A stretch of DNA of 32,000 bases from an uncultured Desulfobulbia bacterium (GTDB lineage: Bacteria; Desulfobacterota; Desulfobulbia; Desulfobulbales; Desulfurivibrionaceae), in contig CAYLQA010000023.1 in the NCBI GenBank assembly GCA_964385695.1, positions 24,026-56,025 of the forward strand, read 5' to 3'. A program made the translations under genes and the position numbers. Positions 8,072 through 16,529 of this stretch are shown in pieces. Position 1 is the stretch's first letter; every line of letters begins with the position of its first letter. The notes under the pieces were generated by a model. It was not told the DNA's origin and made no database searches. It was given only the letters and a program-made list of their open reading frames with translations.

Positions 8072-10063
8072 ATGGCGATCACAAGAAACGGATGTGAAGG
8101 TTGCACAGAGATCACCTGCACTTCCACTAAAGAAGTTCTTTCCAAATCTGAAGTTGCCAAAGATGTCACCACTGCCTATGACAGGGTGCAGGCTCGCGGC
8201 ATGTCAGCCTGTCTCTTCGGTTCCGGCGGTACTTGTTGCCGCAACTGCAATATGGGACCTTGCCAGATCATCGACGGTGTTGATGACATGGTCGGTATCT
8301 GCGGTGCAACGGCAGATACGGTTGTGGCCAGAAACTTTGCCCGTATTGTTGCTGCCGGTTCTGCAGCCCATACGGATCACGCCCGTGAGATGGTAAAGGG
8401 TTTTATTGATACCGCTAAGGGTAACGGCCCACACGAGATCAAGGATGTGGATAAGCTCATGAGTCTTGCCGAGCTTTTCGAGGTTGAAACCGAAGGTCGT
8501 GAGGTAAACGACATTGCCCTTGAGATCGGAGAGAAGGCACTTGCCGAGTTCGGTAAACAGGATGATACTCCTGTGACCATGACCAAGCGCGCCGTTGAAA
8601 AACGCCAGAAGCTTTGGAAGGAATTGGATATCGCCCCCCGTGGAATTGATCGCGAGGTTGTCGAGATGATGCACCGCACCCATATGGGTGTTGACCAGGA
8701 TTACAAGAACATCATGCTTCAGGCCTCACGTTGTGCTTTGGGGGACGGCTGGGGTTCTTCCATGCTTTCCACCGAGTTGACCGACATTATGTTCGGCACT
8801 CCGGTACCCCGACGTGCAATTGTTGATCTTGGTGTTTTAAAAGACGACCAGGTTAACGTTACTGTCCATGGCCATGAACCGCTCCTTGCTGAGTCTCTTT
8901 GTATTGCCGCGCAGGATCCTGAAATGCTTGCTCTTGCCAAAAAGGCTGGAGCCAAGGGAATCAACCTTGCCGGTGTGTGTTGTACCGGTAATGAGATTCT
9001 GATGCGTCGCGGTATTCCTGTTGCTGCTGGCTTTGTCCAGCAGGAAATTGCACTTGCAACCGGCGCAGTCGAGGCCATGGTTGTAGATGTTCAGTGTGTC
9101 ATGCAGTCATTGACTGACGTTGTCAAGAATATGCATACCGACATCATTACCACCAATTACCGCGCCAAGATGCCTGGTGGCGTACACATTCAGTTTGAAG
9201 AGCATGCGGCTCTGGAGTCTGCTAAGAGCATTCTGTCTCATGCCATCAAAAATTATAAGAAGCGCGGCAAGGCTTACATTCCGAAAAAAGAGAAACTCGA
9301 TGTAGTCGTCGGTTTCAGCCATGAGACCATCAACTACATGCTTGGTGGTCGGTTCCGCGCCAGTTATCGTCCTTTGAACGATAACATTATCAATGGTCGT
9401 ATTCGTGGTGTTGCCGCAATCGTTGGTTGTGACAACTTTAAGCTCTCTGACGAAGCGCATGAGATCATTGCCCGTGAGCTGATCAAAAACAACGTACTTG
9501 TAGTCGCAACCGGTTGTGCAGCAACAAGCCTTGGTAAGGCAGGGCTTGTTAACCCTGAGGCAGCTAAGTACTGCGGCGAGAGTTTGGCAGAGGTCTGTGA
9601 GACTGTTGGTATGCCTCCGGTCCTTCACATGGGGTCCTGTGTTGACAACAGCCGTATCCTGATTGCTTTGACTCAGATGGTCAAGCAGGGTGGTCTTGGT
9701 GAAGATATTTCAGACCTGCCGGCAATCGGTACTGCCCCCTTGTGGATGAGTGAAAAGGCTGTGGCGATTGGCCAATATTTTGTAGCCAGTGGCGCACAGG
9801 TTGTTTTCCAGAGCCTGCCGGTTACCGGTTCCAAGGAATTCAATGAGTACCTTTGTGAAGGACTCATGGGACCCCTTGGCGCACACTGGAATGTTGAAGA
9901 GGATCCGCTTAAGATTGCCCAGCTGATGATCAGCAAGATCGACCAGAAACGTGACGCTTTAGGTATCAACAAGAAGCAGGATCGCGTTCTTTTCGACATG
10001 GAAATGCGTCGTGACATGGGCGGTGATGGCCTTAAAGACGTCGGCTGCCACGGACCTGCATAA
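8072..10063 (+). CDS. acsA: Anaerobic Ni-Fe-S carbon-monoxide dehydrogenase catalytic subunit (CODH; AcsA/CooS)
   Basis: 663 aa with N-terminal Cys clusters (CLFGSGGTCCRNCNMGPCQI) typical of CooS/AcsA B/D-cluster ligands, and family sequence throughout. A GAGGA RBS precedes the start, and the gene sits next to acsB/C/D. Confidence 0.93.
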   Translation: MAITRNGCEGCTEITCTSTKEVLSKSEVAKDVTTAYDRVQARGMSACLFGSGGTCCRNCNMGPCQIIDGVDDMVGICGATADTVVARNFARIVAAGSAAHTDHAREMVKGFIDTAKGNGPHEIKDVDKLMSLAELFEVETEGREVNDIALEIGEKALAEFGKQDDTPVTMTKRAVEKRQKLWKELDIAPRGIDREVVEMMHRTHMGVDQDYKNIMLQASRCALGDGWGSSMLSTELTDIMFGTPVPRRAIVDLGVLKDDQVNVTVHGHEPLLAESLCIAAQDPEMLALAKKAGAKGINLAGVCCTGNEILMRRGIPVAAGFVQQEIALATGAVEAMVVDVQCVMQSLTDVVKNMHTDIITTNYRAKMPGGVHIQFEEHAALESAKSILSHAIKNYKKRGKAYIPKKEKLDVVVGFSHETINYMLGGRFRASYRPLNDNIINGRIRGVAAIVGCDNFKLSDEAHEIIARELIKNNVLVVATGCAATSLGKAGLVNPEAAKYCGESLAEVCETVGMPPVLHMGSCVDNSRILIALTQMVKQGGLGEDISDLPAIGTAPLWMSEKAVAIGQYFVASGAQVVFQSLPVTGSKEFNEYLCEGLMGPLGAHWNVEEDPLKIAQLMISKIDQKRDALGINKKQDRVLFDMEMRRDMGGDGLKDVGCHGPA

Positions 10064-10118
10064 GCTGCGAGTAACTGGTTTTTTCTAAGAAAGATTTGAG
10101 GATAAGGAATATTAACCG

Positions 10119-12761
10119 ATGAAATCGGGAAGCCGTTTAGAACGGGTATTAGAATCTGGAGAGTTTGCGGTCACGGGCGAACTCGGTCCACCTAAGAACA
10201 GCAATGCTGAGGTGGTTCGGGAAAAGGCTCGCATCCTGAAAGGCAATGTCGATGCAGTCAATATCACCGACTGTCAAACCGCTATTGTCAGGATGTCCAG
10301 CATCAGCGCTGGTCTCATTACCCAATCCGAAGGTGTCGAGCCGGTTATTCAGATGACCTGCCGCGACCGGAACAGGATCGGAATGCAGAGTGATATCCTG
10401 GGCGCCACTGCCCTGGGATTAAAAAACCTTTTATGCCTGACTGGCGATCATCAAAAATTCGGTAATCATCCAGGCTCTAAGGGAGTCTTTGATATGGATT
10501 CCATCCAGCTCATGGGCATGATGAAGACCTTACGTGATGAGAAGAAATTTCAATGCGGTGAGGTCATTAAAAGTGATGAGCCGAAGCTGTTTTTAGGTTG
10601 TGCCGCTAATCCTTTTGCCGGCCCCTCCGAACAGTTCAGAGCTCAACGCCTGGCCAAGAAGGTTGCAAATGGTGCTGACTTTGTTCAGACCCAGATCATA
10701 TATAATGTTGAGCGCTTTGCAAAATTCATGGAAGCTGTGCGCGATATCGGACTGCATGAGAAAGTTCATATTCTCGCTGGTGTTACACCTCCTCGCTCCG
10801 TTGGCATGGCTCGGTACATGAAAAATTTTGTTCCGGGTATGGATGTGACGGATGATGTCATCAAACGTCTTCAAGGCGCCAAAGACAAAGAAGACGAAGG
10901 TATTAACATCTGCGTTGATATTATCAATCAGGTGCGTGAGATAGAAGGTGTTGCCGGTGCCCATGTTATGGCAATTGAATGGGAGACTGCCGTTCCTGAA
11001 ATCGTCAGTCGCGCTGGCCTTGCCGAGCGTCCTGTCTTTGACGATGATGCAGTGAGTGCACCTGTTGCCGACGAAAGCATTGAGGTTCGTACCTCAGAGA
11101 CGAGTGAAGAAGAAAAAGATAGCGTTCTGGCCGCCGCTAAGGAAGAAGCAGCGAAGATTGTTGCCGCCGCTCAAGAAGAAGCTGCAAAGCTTCGGGCACA
11201 ATCAACTGCTGGAGAGTCCATAGCGCCTGACCAGGCAAGTCTTGAAATAGATGAAGCAGGAGAAGATGAAATGAACGAAAGAGAACGTCAAATGGCGCTT
11301 GCGTCTGTCCAGCAAGGACTTGATGCGCTCAGGAAGGCCTTTGGTCTGTCGGATGATCAGTTTGATGCACTGGCTAAATTTGCCGGCGCTGAGGCTATTC
11401 TCACACGCGAGCCACAGGCAGCGTCGGCTCCTGCAAGTCAAGGAGCACCGGCAGCCACACCTGCTGCTCCGGTAGTTGATACCAGTGCAGAGGATGCCAA
11501 AAAGGCTGCCGAGGCCAAGGCTGCTGAAGACGCCAAGAAAGCGCAGGAGGCCAAGAAAGCTGCTGAAGCACAGGCTGCTGAAGATGCCAAGAAGGCTGAA
11601 GAAGCTAAAAAAGTCGCAGAAGCGAAGGCCGCTGAAGAGGCTAAGAAGGCTGCCGAGGCCAAGGCTGCTGAAGAGTCTAAAAAAGCTGCCGAAGCGAAAG
11701 CAGCTGAAGAGACCAAAAAGGCAGAACCTGCTCCGGCAAAGGCAGCTCTTGCTGCCACCGGTGGAATTGAAGCTGCTGAACTTGCCTCAGAATCTACTCC
11801 TTTGGCAGATCGAGCAAGCAAGGTTCCTGCTGACTCATATACGGAAAAGTATACCGGCACAATTCGAGAGAGCGCATTGGGTAATGGCGACAGTGCCATT
11901 ACAGTTGGTGGTGCCAACACCATGCCGTTCCAACTCTTTGAAGGCGATATGCCACGCAAGCCCATGATCGCCATGGATATCGTTGACGTTAAGCCCGAAG
12001 AGTGGCCCGAGACCTTAACCCGTCATTTTGAGGGTGCCATGGACAGCCCTGTTGATTGGGCTAAAAAATGCGTCAATGATTTTAATGCAGACGCACTTTG
12101 TATCTCCTTGGTTTCCACTGACCCCAATGGTCAGAATCGCTCCTCAGCCGATGCGGCTAAGGATGCATCGGAAGTTATTAACGCCGTTGACGTTCCTATT
12201 ATTGTTTGGGGTTGTGGCAATGGCGAAAAAGATACAGACACACTGCGCGAATTGACAGCTATCGTTGGCGACAAGAAGGTCTGCCTGGCCCCGTTGTCCG
12301 ATGCAAACTATCGCTCAATCGGCGCTACTGCCATGGCTTTTCAGCACCCGGTTGTTGCTGCATCACCCATTGATGTTAACTTGGCCAAGCAGCTGAATAT
12401 CCTACTTGAAAACCTTGGTGTAAATCTCGAGAATGTCCTGATCGATCCATCCATCGGTGCTCTCGGTTACGGTATTGAGTACACCTACTCTGTTATGGAG
12501 CGTATTCGCTTAGCCGCTCTCACCCAGCAGGATGAGAAATTACAGGTGCCCTTTATCTGTAATCTCGGCCGCGAGGTCTGGAAGGCAAAAGAGTGTCGCC
12601 TGCCGAGTGATGACATGATCGGCGATCAGGAGACACGCGGTGTCCTCATGGAGGCCATTACCGCTTCTTGTATGCTCATGGCTGGTGGTGAGGTAATGAT
12701 CATGCGTCATCCGCGTGCCATTGCTCTGACCAAATCCTTAATTAACGGTTTGATGGGATAA
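10119..12761 (+). CDS. metF/acsD: Fusion protein: methylene-THF reductase (acetogen-type MetF, aa ~1-300) + long acidic/Ala-rich linker + corrinoid Fe-S protein small subunit (AcsD/CdhD, aa ~575-880)
   Basis: The N-terminus (FAVTGELGPPK...VDAVNITDCQTAIVRMSS...QMTCRDRNR...LTGDH...VHILAGV...GAHVMAI) matches small MetF of Wood-Ljungdahl organisms. The C-terminal ~305 aa (..PIIVWGCGNGEKD...IDPSIGALGYGIEYTYSVMERIR..) matches AcsD/CdhD. One uninterrupted 880-codon frame covers both. Confidence 0.85.
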   Translation: MKSGSRLERVLESGEFAVTGELGPPKNSNAEVVREKARILKGNVDAVNITDCQTAIVRMSSISAGLITQSEGVEPVIQMTCRDRNRIGMQSDILGATALGLKNLLCLTGDHQKFGNHPGSKGVFDMDSIQLMGMMKTLRDEKKFQCGEVIKSDEPKLFLGCAANPFAGPSEQFRAQRLAKKVANGADFVQTQIIYNVERFAKFMEAVRDIGLHEKVHILAGVTPPRSVGMARYMKNFVPGMDVTDDVIKRLQGAKDKEDEGINICVDIINQVREIEGVAGAHVMAIEWETAVPEIVSRAGLAERPVFDDDAVSAPVADESIEVRTSETSEEEKDSVLAAAKEEAAKIVAAAQEEAAKLRAQSTAGESIAPDQASLEIDEAGEDEMNERERQMALASVQQGLDALRKAFGLSDDQFDALAKFAGAEAILTREPQAASAPASQGAPAATPAAPVVDTSAEDAKKAAEAKAAEDAKKAQEAKKAAEAQAAEDAKKAEEAKKVAEAKAAEEAKKAAEAKAAEESKKAAEAKAAEETKKAEPAPAKAALAATGGIEAAELASESTPLADRASKVPADSYTEKYTGTIRESALGNGDSAITVGGANTMPFQLFEGDMPRKPMIAMDIVDVKPEEWPETLTRHFEGAMDSPVDWAKKCVNDFNADALCISLVSTDPNGQNRSSADAAKDASEVINAVDVPIIVWGCGNGEKDTDTLRELTAIVGDKKVCLAPLSDANYRSIGATAMAFQHPVVAASPIDVNLAKQLNILLENLGVNLENVLIDPSIGALGYGIEYTYSVMERIRLAALTQQDEKLQVPFICNLGREVWKAKECRLPSDDMIGDQETRGVLMEAITASCMLMAGGEVMIMRHPRAIALTKSLINGLMG
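11487..11720 (+). repeat. In-frame tandem 18-nt (6-aa) repeat, 13 units, encoding AEDAKK/AAEAKA/AEEAKK hexads inside the metF::acsD linker
   Basis: Read directly from the sequence: AEDAKK AAEAKA AEDAKK AQEAKK AAEAQA AEDAKK AEEAKK VAEAKA AEEAKK AAEAKA AEESKK AAEAKA AEETKK. This repeat generates the spurious ORFs 11438..11974(-) and 11476..11967(+). Confidence 0.9.
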
Positions 12762-12818
12762 TCAACCTCGAACTTTATAAATATTAAAATACCATTACGA
12801 GTTTAGAGGAGTTTACCA

Positions 12819-15023
12819 ATGTCTAAGATAATCTGTTCAGCCGCCATTCGCGGGGCACACAAGATAATCGATATGGCGGAGGAGCAGTTCGAGGAGGCCT
12901 TGAAGAAATATGGCCCCGAACAAGAGGTGTCCTTGCCCAACACCGCTTATTTTCTGCCTATTATATACAGTATGCTCGGCGCCAAGGTGCAAACCGTTGG
13001 TGACATGAAGGATATTTTCGCAGAGTGTCGCAAACTTTTGCCGGCTGAGGTCAGTGAGAACCTCTGGCTCCCATATCTCGCGCCGGCTCTTGATGCTGGT
13101 ATGGCTACCTTCTTTGCCGAGGAAATGTACGAAGCTATTCGCTATCTTAATTCTCCGGAATTCTATACCAAGACCGAAGATCCAACCGATGATAACCTCT
13201 GGCTTGGCGCTGCCGACGACGTTGTTTTTCGTAAGCGTGGTGTTGAGTTCGTAGACGGTTCAGCACCGGGATTTGCTGCTATCATGGGTACCCCGGATGA
13301 TTCTGAGATGGCCGCCAAGATAGCTCTTGAGCTGCAGGAGAAAAATCTCTACATCTTTATGCATGACCAGACCAACGGCAAGAACATGGCCGAACGTCTG
13401 GTGGAACAGGATGTTCAGGTCGGTTGGAACACCCGTCTGGTTCCCTTTGGTAAGAGCTATACCTCAGCAGTCTTTGCCATTGGTTTTGCCTGTCGTGTGG
13501 CCATGGCATTTGGTGGTATTAAGCCTGGCGATTATGCTGGTAACCTTTTGTACAATAAAGATCGGACCTTTGCTTTTGTTATGGCCTTTGGTGATGTTTC
13601 CGACGAGTGGTATGCAAATGCTGCCGGTGCCATCAACTGGGGCTTCCCAACCATATCCGACTATGATATTCCTGAGGTATTGCCGACCGGTATCTGCACC
13701 TACGAGCATGTTGTCAGCAAGGTTCCCCATGAGGAGATCGTACAGAAGGCTATCGAGGTTCGTGGACTTAAGGTCAACGTGACTAAGATCGATATCCCCA
13801 TGTCTTTTGGCCCGGCCTTTGAGGGTGAGCGTGTCCGTAAGGATGATCTCTTTATGGAGTGTGGTGGTGGTCGGACCTCAGGTGTTGAGGTTCTGGTCTC
13901 CAAAGACATGAGTGAGGTTGAAGATGGCCTGGTCACTATTGAAGGACCGGACATCAAGGATATCGAGCAGGGCCAGAACCTGCCAATCGGTATCTTGGTT
14001 GAGGTTGCTGGTCGTGAGATGCAATCTGACTTTGAGCCGATCCTTGAGCGCCAGTTTCATCACCTGATCAATTATATTCAGGGCATTATGCATATGGGCC
14101 AACGAAACATCATGTGGGTCCGTATCGGTAAGGCTGCTGTTGAAAAAGGATTTTCCTTTACCCATTTCGGTAAGGTCCTGCACGGCAAACTGCACCAGGA
14201 GTTCGGTGCCATTGTTGACAAAATTCAGGTCAAGATCTTCACTGAGTTGGACAAGGTAGAAGAGGTACAGGAACTGGCCCGTAAGACATATGCCGAGCGT
14301 GATGAGCGCCTTGGCTCCATGACCGACGAGACCGAGGAGATTTACTACTCCTGCTCGCTCTGTCAGTCCTTTGCCCCCAGCCATATCTGTGTCATTACCC
14401 CGGAGCGGATCGGCATGTGCGGCGCCTACAACTGGCTCGATGGTAAGGCATCATACAACATCAACCCCACCGGCCCCAACCAGCCCATTGAAAAGGGCGA
14501 GGTTATTGATGGTGAACTTGGTATCTTCAAGGGTATCAACGAGTTTGTCAATCAGGCTTCCCGCGGAGCGGTGGAGGAACTTGCCTGCTACTCCTTGATG
14601 AACAGCCCCATGACCGCCTGTGGTTGCTTTGAGGCCATTGCCGCCATGCTGCCGCAATGTAACGGTATCATGGTTGTCAACCGTGACTTCCTCGGCATGA
14701 CCCCATCGGGTATGAAGTTCACCACCCTTGCCGGTATGACCGGTGGTGGTGCACAGACTCCTGGCTTCATGGGTGTTTCCAAGCATTTCATGACCAGCCC
14801 CAAACTCTTTCTGGCCGAGGGCGGACTCAAGCGTGTGGCCTGGTTGCCTAAGGCGATGAAGGATGAGATTGCGGATAAGCTTAAGGAGCGCTGTGAAGAG
14901 ATCGGCATGCCTGAGCTGTTTGACATGATTGCTACAGAAGAGCAGGGCACCACTGAGGAGGAGATCCTTGAGTTCCTCAAAAAGGTAGGACATCCCTGCC
15001 TTGAAATGGAAACAGCTGTTTAG
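12819..15023 (+). CDS. acsB: CO-methylating acetyl-CoA synthase (A-cluster subunit, AcsB/CdhC)
   Basis: 734 aa with A-cluster Cys motifs CSLCQSFAPSHICVITPERIGMCGA and TACGCFE. A GAGGAG RBS precedes the start. Confidence 0.95.
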   Translation: MSKIICSAAIRGAHKIIDMAEEQFEEALKKYGPEQEVSLPNTAYFLPIIYSMLGAKVQTVGDMKDIFAECRKLLPAEVSENLWLPYLAPALDAGMATFFAEEMYEAIRYLNSPEFYTKTEDPTDDNLWLGAADDVVFRKRGVEFVDGSAPGFAAIMGTPDDSEMAAKIALELQEKNLYIFMHDQTNGKNMAERLVEQDVQVGWNTRLVPFGKSYTSAVFAIGFACRVAMAFGGIKPGDYAGNLLYNKDRTFAFVMAFGDVSDEWYANAAGAINWGFPTISDYDIPEVLPTGICTYEHVVSKVPHEEIVQKAIEVRGLKVNVTKIDIPMSFGPAFEGERVRKDDLFMECGGGRTSGVEVLVSKDMSEVEDGLVTIEGPDIKDIEQGQNLPIGILVEVAGREMQSDFEPILERQFHHLINYIQGIMHMGQRNIMWVRIGKAAVEKGFSFTHFGKVLHGKLHQEFGAIVDKIQVKIFTELDKVEEVQELARKTYAERDERLGSMTDETEEIYYSCSLCQSFAPSHICVITPERIGMCGAYNWLDGKASYNINPTGPNQPIEKGEVIDGELGIFKGINEFVNQASRGAVEELACYSLMNSPMTACGCFEAIAAMLPQCNGIMVVNRDFLGMTPSGMKFTTLAGMTGGGAQTPGFMGVSKHFMTSPKLFLAEGGLKRVAWLPKAMKDEIADKLKERCEEIGMPELFDMIATEEQGTTEEEILEFLKKVGHPCLEMETAV

Positions 15024-15099
15024 CCCTTGCTTTGGGCAACAACGAATACATTACGACTTTATTTAATTTGAGTTCTCTATATATGGGAGGAACAGACAG

Positions 15100-16455
15100 A
15101 TGGCTTTAACAGGTATTCAAATCCTCAAAATGCTTCCCAAGAAGAATTGCGGGGAGTGTGGCATTCCGACCTGTCTTGCCTTTGCCATGAAGGTAGCTGC
15201 CGGACAGACCGAGATTGGTGAGTGTCCGTATGTGAGCGATGAGGTCAAAGAGCAGATTGGTGAGGCCTCTGCACCTCCAATTCGCTCTGTGAAAATCGGT
15301 GCTGGTGATTCTGCCTTTACCACTGGTGGTGAGACCTGTCTCTACCGTCATGAAAAGCGCTTTGAAAACCCCACCGGTATCGCTGTCCTTGTTACCACCG
15401 ACATGGGCGACAGTGATGTCGACGGACGTATCAGCCGTTTTAAAGATCTTCGCTATGAGCGTGTCGGCGTTATGCTCAAGGCAGACCTCATTGCAATTAA
15501 AGATGCAAATGGCGACTCTGCTGCTTTTACCGCTCTGACCAAGAAGGTTCTTGACGGCGCAGAGGATGCCAACCTGATTCTCATGAGCGATAATGCCGAC
15601 AACCTCAAGGCTGCTGCCCAAGAGTGTGGTGATCGCAAGCCTTTGCTTTACGGTGCGACCCTTGATAATTCAGATGTTATGGCTGATGTTGCCAAAGAAC
15701 TTGACTGTCCGCTTTCTGTGAAAGGCAGCAATCTTGATGATGCTGTTGCCGTATCAGAAAAGCTTATGGATTCCGGCCTGAAAGACCTGATGATCGATAC
15801 CGGCGCCAGAACCATGAAGGCTGCCTTTGAGGACAATATCGTAGCTCGCCGTTCAGCCATCAAGTCAAAGTACAAGCCCCTTGGCTTTTCCTCCATTACC
15901 TTTCCTTGTGAGATCTCCGATGATCCGCTCATGGAAGCCATGGTCGCTTCGATCCTGATTGCGAAATATGCCGGTATTGTTGTCCTTTCCGACCTGCAGG
16001 GTGATGTACTCTTCCCGCTCTTGCTTGAGCGTCTGAACATCTTCACCGATCCACAGCGTCCCATGGTTGTTCAGGAGGATACTTACTCCATCAATGGTCC
16101 GGCAGAGGATGCACCTGTTCTTATCACCTGTAATTTCTCTCTCACCTACTTTATTGTTTCCGGTGAGATTGAGGGAAGCAAGGTGCCCAGCTGGCTGCTG
16201 ATCAAGGATACTGAGGGGCTTTCCGTGCTCACCGCCTGGGCTGCAGGCAAGTTTGGCGCGGACATGGTTGCCCAGTTTATCAATAAATCAGGCATTCTGG
16301 AAAAGGTGAAACATCGTGATTTGATTATCCCGGGGTACCTTGCCTCCATGAAGGGTGAGCTTGAAGAGGAGCTTCCCGATTGGAATATCACCATTGGTCC
16401 TCGCGAGGCTGGTCATCTTCCCGCCTTTTTGAAAGAATGGAAACCTTCAGCATAA
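15100..16455 (+). CDS. acsC: Corrinoid iron-sulfur protein large subunit (AcsC/CdhE)
   Basis: 451 aa with the N-terminal [4Fe-4S] motif KKNCGECGIPTCLAFAMKVA...CPY typical of the CFeSP large subunit. A GGGAGG RBS precedes the start. Confidence 0.93.
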   Translation: MALTGIQILKMLPKKNCGECGIPTCLAFAMKVAAGQTEIGECPYVSDEVKEQIGEASAPPIRSVKIGAGDSAFTTGGETCLYRHEKRFENPTGIAVLVTTDMGDSDVDGRISRFKDLRYERVGVMLKADLIAIKDANGDSAAFTALTKKVLDGAEDANLILMSDNADNLKAAAQECGDRKPLLYGATLDNSDVMADVAKELDCPLSVKGSNLDDAVAVSEKLMDSGLKDLMIDTGARTMKAAFEDNIVARRSAIKSKYKPLGFSSITFPCEISDDPLMEAMVASILIAKYAGIVVLSDLQGDVLFPLLLERLNIFTDPQRPMVVQEDTYSINGPAEDAPVLITCNFSLTYFIVSGEIEGSKVPSWLLIKDTEGLSVLTAWAAGKFGADMVAQFINKSGILEKVKHRDLIIPGYLASMKGELEEELPDWNITIGPREAGHLPAFLKEWKPSA

Positions 16456-16529
16456 AAGATAGTGATAAGTAATGAGGAAACATCGATACCTTTAATCTTG
16501 TTTCCTCTTGCTGAATTTTGAGTTGACGC

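Noticed and set aside
11438-11974. 178-aa minus-strand ORF and 163-aa +2-frame ORF (11476..11967) rich in Ala/Ser or Lys/Arg/Leu/Pro.
   Set aside because: They are artefacts of the GC-skewed tandem GCN-GAR-GCN-AAR repeat in the metF::acsD linker, which removes stop codons in several frames.
13878-14993. Several 130-180-aa minus-strand ORFs inside acsB (13878..14384, 14451..14993, 14588..14980).
   Set aside because: They are antisense to a conserved AcsB coding sequence. Such shadows are typical of GC3-biased genes.
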